Shown one piece after another: positions 12,416-21,482 of a stretch of 64,000 nucleotides of DNA. Source of the stretch: Selaginella moellendorffii (Eukaryota; Plantae; Lycopodiophyta); NCBI RefSeq assembly GCF_000143415.4, contig NW_003314284.1:1470693-1534692 (forward strand), read 5' to 3'. The notes under the pieces were generated by a model. That model was given only the letters and a program-made list of their open reading frames with translations. It was not told the origin of the DNA and did no database searches. Numbering within the stretch: position 1 is the first letter of the stretch; the number at the start of each line of letters is the position of its first letter. The position numbers and the translations under genes are program-made.

Positions 12416-12570
12416 CACTTCATAATGAATTAAAAAAACAATGTATTTCAAGTGATCAACCCTAGGGGTAGTGGTTAAGCCGGGATAATCCTATAGAGCC
12501 GAATCCCAGGATCGAGAAGGGACCCTCTTCAAACTGATCACTCCTTTTTATTTTTTTGATTGAATTTAAG
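12416..12570 (+). repeat. Short interspersed element with tRNA-like core, copy A (two internal deletions relative to B and C)
   Basis: Near-identical to the reverse complement of 53793-53960 and 55531-55699; AGTGATCA...TGATCACT inverted repeat; followed by T-run. Confidence 0.8.
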
Positions 12571-12602
12571 CATTACACACAATACCTCCCGGTCGTCCAT
12601 GG

Positions 12603-14448
12603 TTACGCAGTATTTGCTCTTGTTCCCAAGACTTCGTCTCCTAGTTCTACCATCATCTTGTAGAACTCGTGTAGCTCCGTTAGATCCGACGTCCTCATCG
12701 ATTCCATCATCGACTTGGCAGCCGAGCGACGCTGCTTGAATTTCTGGAGCCTCTCTAAAAGAATGGTCGAGTTTCTTACTGTGGCTCCCATTTGCTTGAG
12801 CCTCTCCATTTGCTCGAATTCATTGAACTGCGCAAGAAAGATCTCACATGCCAGAAGAAAGAAAGAGATAGGTCGTACGAACCTGTAGAAACTCTGCGCC
12901 TACTTCCAAGTCACGGCTGCTCTTGACACGGCTCAGCTGAGGAGTTTTGCCATCGCTCCTCATCTTGCAAACTTGCTCCTCCTCGTATATGTGCTTGGCC
13001 AGCGAGAAGCTCCGAATCAGCTTTTGCCTCTGCTTCTCGATGTCGCCGTCGAGCTTGACAAGTTCTTTCGCTTTCTTAGGAGATAGTAGCCTCTTTTGAT
13101 ATGCTATCACAGCCTTTGCAAACTCCTGCATTCATTTTTAAATCAAAGAGATGAGCCAGACGTGAGCGAGAGCTTACTTGATAAGCACGAGGACATCCCG
13201 GGTAGTCGAACTCGTTCTCCAGCAGAGCTCCATCCGAATCAGATCCGCCACTCTCAGGGTGTCTCATACGCTCCGGATGAAACTGGAGGCCAACGATGAA
13301 CTTTCCTTCCGCGGGATTGTACACGTCCGGATCAAAAAACGCTTCTACGAGCCCGTCTGGAGCGAAAGCCATTGGCTCGAACCTTCGAGCTAATCTCTTC
13401 ACGCCCTAGAAACGTACAAGAAAGCCAAGCATGAAAACAGGAAGAAAAGACAGAAAAAAAACTCTGTCTCTTACCTGGTGATGGTAACTGTTCACATGAA
13501 GACACTTGTCTTCGGAATTGCTAAGCGATTTCTCAAACCAGTCGTGCAAAGGAGTGCCTTGGACAACTTTCACAGGGTGTCGGTGTCCGTCATAGTCATC
13601 GTAGTTGATATGTTTGACTTGGACGCTGCTTTTGCCTGAAAGCTCCTTCTCAACGTCCTGGAAGGAAAGACTTCCATTGAAAACCAGAAAGTGGAAAGGA
13701 AACTCTCTCACCTGATAGAGTGATCCTCCACACGCAACGTTGAGTACCTGGGAACCGCGGCAAATCCCGAGATATGGAATGTTTCTCTCGAGGCACCGGC
13801 GAGCAAGCTGGAGCTCGATCGAATCCTTGTTCCGGTCGATGAGAATGTCACTGGTGTGCGTTCGCTTGATCTCATCCACGTCCTCGGGTGTCAAGGCCGA
13901 GACATCACTGTCGTACAGAGTGGGATCGATATCCTCACCCTCGCACAGTAGCACGCCGTGGATTGGCTCGAAGCTGTCGAGGAGCGAGTTTAATCCGGAA
14001 ACTCGTGGAACAATGACTGGAACCGCCCCATAGCTGACGATCAAATCTAGATGGTATTCTCCTGTGAGAGAGAAAAAGAACGAACTGTTAGCTAGCTAGC
14101 CATGCTTTCTGTGAAGAAGTCACAAGAAAGCAAGCAAACGGTAGGTCCCCTGAAAAAATTTCCAGGGATTTTTTTGATCGATCAGGAAACAAGAAAACAG
14201 AGAAAACAGGAGATTTAGAGGATGGAATCGAGCTCGACATTTCAATGACAAGGATTGAAAAAGAAATCTAGAATCGGCTGGGAGAGGAAGAGATTTCGAT
14301 CCATTCTCAATCAGTTACCAACGAAATCCACGAATTTGTTCTTGCGGACGGTGCGCCTGGAGACGATGAGGACGCGCGGCAGCACGGAGGCGAGCTCGGC
14401 GGCAACAGCGCCGTCCATCCCAGCGCTCTCGCCAAACCCTTCCTTCAT
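12603..14448 (-). CDS. Class I glutamine amidotransferase-like protein (peptidase C26/PuuD-like, plant GAT1_2.1 family); ~6 exons
   Basis: [35 protein letters not shown] (catalytic Cys), VNSYHHQ, GLQFHPE (His/Glu); start 14448 or 14418. Confidence 0.92.
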
Positions 14449-14734
14449 CGCTTCAAACACACAATAATGCCGCTCGAGAGAAACAAAGAGAAAAAAATAC
14501 TTTCTAAACTATCTATATGAATCCATGGCTCAGTTCTAATCCTGCCAGCCTTCACCGACGTGGCGTTACGCGGCCACTCGACATGTGGGCGGCTTTTGAA
14601 GCATATTCGAGAAAAGATCATCGCTGACCAATTCTATTGCTTGTGTAGTTAAAAAAAATGTGAATCGCGTGGTGACTCACTGGTCGTTGAGAATGGTCGC
14701 CAATGGTCACCATGGTAGTACCATGACCATGCCT

Positions 14735-15559
14735 TCAAGGACGTCCTGGGTGAGGCTTGATTGGCTGATGAGGGATTGGATGAAGTGGCCGAGGCTTGAT
14801 TGGTTGATGTGGTGGTAATGGACATCCTGAAATAAAAACGATTAAAAACCCGTATGATCAAGGAAGGGACTTACGTGGTGGCGAAGGTGTCATAGGCACG
14901 GGTGCTTGTTTGGGAGGAGCCGATTGTCCTGTAACTTGTGGAGCTGGAGATGGTGCAAATGCTGGTGATGGCGATGAAAGCGACGATACAATCGCTGGTG
15001 GTGCTTGTGTTGGCGATGAAACTGAGGGTGATGACAATGCGTGTGAAGATGCTGGCGAAGGAACTGGTACCAGCGATGGCGATGGTGCAATGGATCTTAC
15101 TGGGGAAGAGACTGGCACCTCTGATGGTGAAAGCTCCGAGCTTGCAGATGTCGGCGAGGGTGAGATTGAGCGTGACAAAGCTGGCGATTGGGCGGTATTA
15201 TAAGCCGATGGTGCTTGGCTTGGAGTGGCAGTGGAAGATGGCGTTTGAGAAGGCGATGGTGATCGGCTTGTGGAACATGGCGTCCGAGAAAATGATGGTG
15301 GTGGCGATGGAGCTGTAAATCTATCTGAAGACGTCGGTGCCAAGGAAGGAGTAGCAAGTGGAGATGGCGCAATAGGTTGCGAGCTTGCTAAGGGCGATGG
15401 AGCTGACACTGGAGAAGCTTGTGGAGCGAGCAATGATGGGTTTGATTTCGGTGAATGCTCCGGGGCGAGGAATGGAGAAGGAGCTGGCGAAGCATTCGGT
15501 CGCACTGCGTTCACTGCCGCAAGGATTGACAAGATCGAAACGAAAAGAGCCAGCGCCAT
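14735..15559 (-). CDS. Secreted Pro/Ser/Ala-rich arabinogalactan/HRGP-like protein; probable second exon 14827-14735 with HQPIKP repeats
   Basis: Signal peptide MALALFVSILSILAAVNA; many APSP/SPAP repeats; GTAAG donor near 14873 and tttcag acceptor near 14828. Confidence 0.75.
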
Positions 15560-15672
15560 TGCTTCCTCTGTTCTTCCGCTGTTTGAGATCCAGCTTTATA
15601 CCAATGCGATTCTCCTCGTTTAGTGAAGCTAAGATTATTTTCTTTTGATTATTTTGGGCAATTGGCAAATCT

Positions 15673-17397
15673 ATGAACAGGAGCCAATGCTTGGAATCGA
15701 TACGTGAATGCACGAGCTTGTCCGCAGCCCTAGATATCCATTCTCGTGCTCGTCACCTTCTCTTTCGAGAGGACGACACTTTCCTCACAAACAAGCTTAT
15801 TGAAATGTATGGCAGATGCCGCAGTGTGGAGAATGCCCGCCGGATATTCGACTCCATGCAAACCAGAGATTCTTTTTCGTGGGACATGATGTTGTATGCC
15901 TACTCTAGAAACGGGAATACGAGCGAGGCAAGGGCCTTCTTAGATGAAATGCCCAAAAAGAGCCTAGTGTCTTGGAATGCATTGTTAACTGCATATGCCG
16001 AATATGGGCATCTTAATGAGGCAACTTATCTGTTCTACGAAATGCCGGAGCAGAACTTAGTAACCTGGACTGCCATGTTGGTTGCATATTCGAAGCATGG
16101 GAATCTTGAAAAGGCCAAAACTGTTTTTGATTGGATGCCACAAAAGAACCAAGTGACGTGGAATGCCATGCTGGTTGCATATGCCCAATCTGGGCATCTT
16201 GAGGAATCTTACAAAATCTTTCGAAAGATGCCCGAGTGGAATCAATTGGCTCTCAACGCGCTCCTGTCTGCACACACGAACAAGCGGGACGTTGTCCGTG
16301 CGAGAATTTTCTTTGATGACATGGTGGAGAAAAACCTGGTGACATGGACTGCCATGTTGGCGCTATATGCCCAGCACGGGCAAATGACTCAGGCGAAGAA
16401 ACTATTTGATCGAATCCCGCAGAGAAACCTTGTCACCTGGAACGCAATGCTGAGCGTCTATGCTGCGAGCGGCGATCTCCAAAGTTCCCGCGAGCTGTTT
16501 CTAAAGAGCCCCGAGTGGGACTTGTTCTCCGCCACCACCATGCTCGTTGCTAATGCCGAGAGTGGAGACGTCGACACCGCCAAGGAGCTCTTTGATGGCA
16601 TGCTTGAGCGGAGCCTCGTGACTTGGAACTCAATGCTGGCGGCCTACGCACAAAACAATCGGCTGGAGGAAGCCATCTTCACCTTTGAGAGAATGCCCGA
16701 GTGGGATCTTGTGTCCTGGACTACATTGCTCGTGGCTTATGCTCAAAAGGGGTTTCTCGACGAGGCCACGTCCATCTTTGCCGGGATGCCGCGTAGAGAC
16801 TCCCTCTCCTGGAGCGCCCTTTTATCAGCGTACTCCCTGAACGGGCATATCAGCAAAGCCAGGAGAGTGTTTGACACCATGCTGGAGCCGAGCACCCTGT
16901 CCTGGAGCGCAATGCTCGCTGCTTACGCCCAGAAAGGCCACTTCCGCGACACTCTGGATCTCTTCGACTCCATGAAGCTGGTAGCTATGCCGGACGAGTC
17001 CTGTTTCTTGTCCGTCTTCCTAGCTTGCAGCCACGCCGGGAAAGTCTCCACCGGGACGTCACACTTCCTGGCGATGCTGCTCGACTTCCAGATCCAGGCC
17101 ACCAAGCAGCACTACTGCTGCCTGGTCGATCTCTTCGGACGAGCCGGATACTTGGAAGTTGCTCAAGAGCTTATCGCGAGCATGCCGTTCGTCCCGGACG
17201 CTTTGGAGTGGAGAAGCCTGCTGGGTGCGTCGACGAGTCACCGGGATCTCCAGAACGGAGTCTGCGCTGCGAAGTTCCTCGGCAACTTGGATCCAGGAGA
17301 CGCTTCTTCATATGTCCAATTGTCCAGCATCTATTCCACGAGTGAGCTGAATCTGGCTGAACCTCGCCCAAATAGTTTCCAATACAAAACATTTTAA
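15673..17397 (+). CDS. PLS-class PPR protein (574 aa), run of ~31-aa short repeats, truncated E domain, no DYW; intronless
   Basis: FxxMPExNLVTWxAMLxAYAxxG repeats; HYCCLVDLFGRAG...SSYVQLSSIY. Confidence 0.93.
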   Translation: MNRSQCLESIRECTSLSAALDIHSRARHLLFREDDTFLTNKLIEMYGRCRSVENARRIFDSMQTRDSFSWDMMLYAYSRNGNTSEARAFLDEMPKKSLVSWNALLTAYAEYGHLNEATYLFYEMPEQNLVTWTAMLVAYSKHGNLEKAKTVFDWMPQKNQVTWNAMLVAYAQSGHLEESYKIFRKMPEWNQLALNALLSAHTNKRDVVRARIFFDDMVEKNLVTWTAMLALYAQHGQMTQAKKLFDRIPQRNLVTWNAMLSVYAASGDLQSSRELFLKSPEWDLFSATTMLVANAESGDVDTAKELFDGMLERSLVTWNSMLAAYAQNNRLEEAIFTFERMPEWDLVSWTTLLVAYAQKGFLDEATSIFAGMPRRDSLSWSALLSAYSLNGHISKARRVFDTMLEPSTLSWSAMLAAYAQKGHFRDTLDLFDSMKLVAMPDESCFLSVFLACSHAGKVSTGTSHFLAMLLDFQIQATKQHYCCLVDLFGRAGYLEVAQELIASMPFVPDALEWRSLLGASTSHRDLQNGVCAAKFLGNLDPGDASSYVQLSSIYSTSELNLAEPRPNSFQYKTF

Positions 17398-17500
17398 TCA
17401 GGCTTGAGCTAACAGGATCAAATCTGTGAGATGAAGAAAAACATAAACTTGAACTGGATCGTGGAACGTACCTGATGAAATTATTTTGTCTCTCTCTTTG

Positions 17501-18646
17501 CTATTCTGAAACCAACCAGAGGTGCCGAACTCCTCGGCACGGTGCATCCTCAGTTTCGGCCTTAGGCCCGTCAAGCAGTTCTATAGCAGTGGCTGCATCT
17601 ACACCACAGGCAGTAGCGAGCTTGTGTAACCAGTGACGGTACTCCGGAAAAGACCTGGAGGATTGCAGAGTTGATGCATATAGCGCAAACTCCCCCAGCA
17701 CAGGGTGCACGCTTGCGATGGTGATGGCAGCTGCTAGGTAACCACCTGTGCATTTCCAGCCCGCCATTTCAGCCAGGCTCAACACAAGGCTGACGCAGTC
17801 GTGAACCTCGTCTTCTTTTTCCTTGTACGCCTCCTCGTGTGCACTCTTAAAGTCGACAAGCACAAACTGCGCCTGGGCCTCCACGTAGACGATGTTCTCA
17901 GGCTTCACATCCCTGTGCCTGCGCTCCAGGAGATAGAGATGATACAGAGCCAGAAGAATGTCGAAGGCTGCCTTGCATAGCTGCTGCTGCTGCGAGAAAA
18001 GCATGCCCTTGACGCAGACGCCCACAGGCTTGAGAACGAGTCCTCCGGAATCCCCAAAGTCAGTCATCATATTCCCACTTGCAATAAACCAACCATACCA
18101 AACCATGGCTGGCAAGCTCGGGCATCTTCGTCCTGTACTCGACCTCAGCTTCTCCAGCTCCTCCAACGTCGGACGCTCGGCTGGAAACATGACGGTTTGC
18201 TCATAGAGGAGCTTGAGAACCAGCTGTTCCTGGCTACTATCCCCTTCCCTGATCACACTGTACACCCCTGTAGATGCGGACATGAAAAGCTGTTGCACTA
18301 CCTCCAAACTCGCCTGCTGCCCATGCATATCCAGGAAAGCGGCCTTGAACCCCGCTGGGAAGGGCCCAAAGTAGCCACAGATGATGAAAGGCCTCACTTC
18401 GGTGCCTAGGTCCGGCATCAAGCGCCTAATTGCGCTCAAGCTCAAGCTCTGGTCTGGCAGTTGGCATACCCTGACGGTCGCCGGAACTAGACCATATAGC
18501 TTGGCGATCTCGTCTACTGGCAAAGGTTTACACACCGATACCCTCAAGGCTTTCAGCGCTTCCACATTCCTGGCCTGGGGCCTGAAATACACCACCGCCA
18601 TCCCAGAAAGCCCTACGTCATGCAATGAATTGTTATCAGAGACCAC
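17501..18646 (-). CDS. Atypical protein-kinase-like protein (381 aa), intronless
   Basis: LVLKL (VAIK-like Lys), HRDVKPENIV catalytic loop, LVDFKS (DFG variant); very short activation segment. Confidence 0.7.
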   Translation of the reverse strand: MVSDNNSLHDVGLSGMAVVYFRPQARNVEALKALRVSVCKPLPVDEIAKLYGLVPATVRVCQLPDQSLSLSAIRRLMPDLGTEVRPFIICGYFGPFPAGFKAAFLDMHGQQASLEVVQQLFMSASTGVYSVIREGDSSQEQLVLKLLYEQTVMFPAERPTLEELEKLRSSTGRRCPSLPAMVWYGWFIASGNMMTDFGDSGGLVLKPVGVCVKGMLFSQQQQLCKAAFDILLALYHLYLLERRHRDVKPENIVYVEAQAQFVLVDFKSAHEEAYKEKEDEVHDCVSLVLSLAEMAGWKCTGGYLAAAITIASVHPVLGEFALYASTLQSSRSFPEYRHWLHKLATACGVDAATAIELLDGPKAETEDAPCRGVRHLWLVSE

Positions 18647-19022
18647 TGGACTTGATTAAGCCAGTCCGACACCAGGAGTAATTTCCTTTATAACCTGCTT
18701 GAATTCACTTACATTCAAAACACCTCTTGCCGAAGACTGGTCATCACGTTGAAGTCAAGCGCTGCTCTCACATTCACATCCTGATCAGAGCTAATAGCTC
18801 AATTCCAAGTAAACCTCTTCTGCTTCACTGCTTTCACATGCAAATGTCATCTGAAGTCCTGCTTCAGCTGTTGGGAGTCTTGAACACCACCAAACTCCGA
18901 GCACCTCACCTGCTTCCAGCAATCGTGGTTTAAAAACGTGCTCATTTCACGAGTGGACCACCTTCATCAATAAAAGTCCTTTAAAGACTCATTGATCTAC
19001 CATTCAGCTGACCAGCCTAGCT

Positions 19023-19799
19023 ATGGCGGAAGAACAGAGATCTCTCCGAGTGGCTATTCCAATCTTCGACCACCTGACGGCGCTCGACGCGGTTGGCCCA
19101 TACGAAGTTCTCAACGCGGTTCCCGGCGTATCTGTGGTGTTTGTGAGTGACAAGCCGGGTCTAATCTTGGCTGGTGAGGCCCAGCAATCCCATCTGGGCC
19201 TCCGGGCCACCGCGTCGTATAAGGATGTTCCACATCCGGATGTGATTGTAGTTCCTGGCGGGCCTCCTACCAAGATCCCGCTGCATCACAAGCCACTTCT
19301 CGACTGGATCCGCAAGGTGAGTGCCTGCAGCTTGTCCACCTCGGCTGGGAAACGGGCTCTTTGGTTGCAGGCTCACGAGACGACCCTGTTCACCACTTCT
19401 GTTTGCACCGGTGCGCTCATCTTAGGATCTGCCGGACTTCTCACCGGACTGGAGTGTACCACGCATTGGAGCTCCTACAAAAAGCTCGAGGAGTTTGGTG
19501 CCAAGGCCTCCGCAAAGCGCTACATACAGCAGGTCAGGTGTTCCAAGAAAACTTAGAAAGAAAAGCTTCACAACCTTGTGGTGTGTTGTCTTCAGGGGAA
19601 GATTATCACTGCTGCCGGCGTCTCGTCGGGGATCGACATGGCTCTCTACCTCGCCGCTCTTCTGAAAGACAAGGTTATTGCAGAAGGAGTTCAGCTGCTG
19701 GTGGAGTATGATCCCCAGCCACCATTTGACAGCGGATCTCTGGCGAAAGCTAGTCCAGAAGTCTTGGCATTGCCATTTATCCGTCCGCTCTTGGATTAA
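19023..19799 (+). CDS. Single-domain DJ-1/PfpI protein, isocyanide hydratase-type, copy 2; 3 exons (~19023-19316, 19371-19532, 19596-19799)
   Basis: LDAVGPYEVL, TSVCTGA, TTHW, AAGVSSGIDMAL, VQLLVEYDPQPPFDSGS; same two intron positions as copy 1. Confidence 0.88.
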
Positions 19800-19839
19800 G
19801 AAACATGTCTGTGTGACAAAAAGTGAATAACAGAACCTT

Positions 19840-21399
19840 TCATATATCGATGACTCTTGAGAGCTTCTGTATACGGTTCAGCAAGAAATCTCCCTGCTTG
19901 ATGGTGGACTGGTAGAGAGCATTCTTGGCGTCGGGTCTGTTAGTCTCTAGCACACCGGCCACTTTGTCAATTTTGCAGTTCAGCTTTCCCTCGGCTATGA
20001 AACGTGACAACTCACTGTAACAAGAAAAGAGAATCCAGGCTAGATTTGAGTCGCAAGTGAAGGAAACCGAGGTACTTACGTATCGAGGAAGTTTATGCTC
20101 ACTCCGAAAGCCTTGGCCATGGCGTCCATTGTCACACTTTTGTACGACTCCAGGAACTGTGCATAGACCACCTTGCGCACTTCTCTCATGTAGTATCGGA
20201 AATGTGGCGCTAAATAGCGGTCCAAGCGAACTTGCTCTGTAAGCCGAGCTGCAACCGCAGAATAGTTACTACACAGAAAAGCCAGGCAAGGATCTTACAG
20301 AAAGCAAAGAAGAACGTTTTGTACTGGCAATTGTAGAAGGCGTTTAGAAAATCCGACAGATGTGGAATCTTCTCAATGACAGTAAGAACCTCCGGAGCAT
20401 CCACGACCTGCAAGAACACGAGGTACTGAACAGCTCTTACAAACTGCTGATCCATACCTTTTGCTTCAGAGCAACGCGGTCCAAGGAGATGATGCTTGTC
20501 ACCACGCTGTAGAAGACGAAAGTTTCATACGAGAACAGCTCGTAAGTTGTAAACGTGGAGATGGAGTCCAGGAACAACTCCGCAGCTTTCTTGAAGTTCC
20601 GGGTCGCCATGCAGTAGAGCCCCTCGTAAACTTTCAGGCGGTTCTTCCTTTCCCAGTCACCGCCCTCCTCGAACAAGCTGAGGTCAAACATGTCAGTTCC
20701 AAGTAAACAAAAAATCACAAACATCCCACCTCTTAGCCTTCTCAATGTTTTTGGAGATGAGATCACAATCTAAGAAAAAGAACGCCAGCCTTAGTGTGTG
20801 AAACACGAGATCCATCTTGTGACCAACGGCAACGGTTTTTGCCTCTGTAATCTTCAGCTGCTCTAGCGTGAGCTCCTGGCAAGAAAAAGAGACAGAGAAT
20901 AATTAAACGAATCCACAAAAATCGTGCGTTTCTTACCTTCTCACCAATACGAATGAAGAACAGCGCTTTTGCCAAAAGAGCGTCTCTAACTTCACTTTCT
21001 CCCAGGTTCTCTTCGGCATCGGCGATTCTAAGGAAGAAAAGAGAATGCGAGGCGTTTGATTCAAGCAAAGAGACAGAAACGCGAGCTACTTACTTCTCAT
21101 CCAGCTTCCTGACCTCCTCGTCGATCTTGGCCCGCATTTTCGCCAGCAGCGCGTGATCGATCTCCCACCCAAACTTGTGACACCAGCCCTCGTAGGGGCC
21201 AGCCATATCTACACACCGCCATGAGGCTGGAATCCCTCAAACCTCACCGAAATCTCTTACCGTCTTCTCTCGCTGCCGCAATCACATCCTCCTTGAGCTG
21301 GACCTTCTCGATGTCTGGAATCTCCGGAGCTGAGAGCAAGAAGAGCTTACGTGCGAGCTCCAGCCGAGGATCCTGGCACGCCTCCTTGTCCGCCTCCAT
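19840..21399 (-). CDS. RPN7: 26S proteasome lid subunit RPN7 (PSMD6); multi-exon
   Basis: [70 protein letters not shown]...QKLSRVIDI. Confidence 0.96.
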
Positions 21400-21482
21400 G
21401 GCGCTCACCAGGAGAAAAAATTTAGGGCTTGAGCTACCTAGCTAAACACTATAAACCCTAAGTTCTCGATCGGTATGGGGAG

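Noticed and set aside
12451-12542. Element read as a true tRNA or a C/D snoRNA
   Set aside because: No 7-bp acceptor stem or valid anticodon arm; the C-box candidate (GTGATCA) is mismatched and buried in the terminal stem
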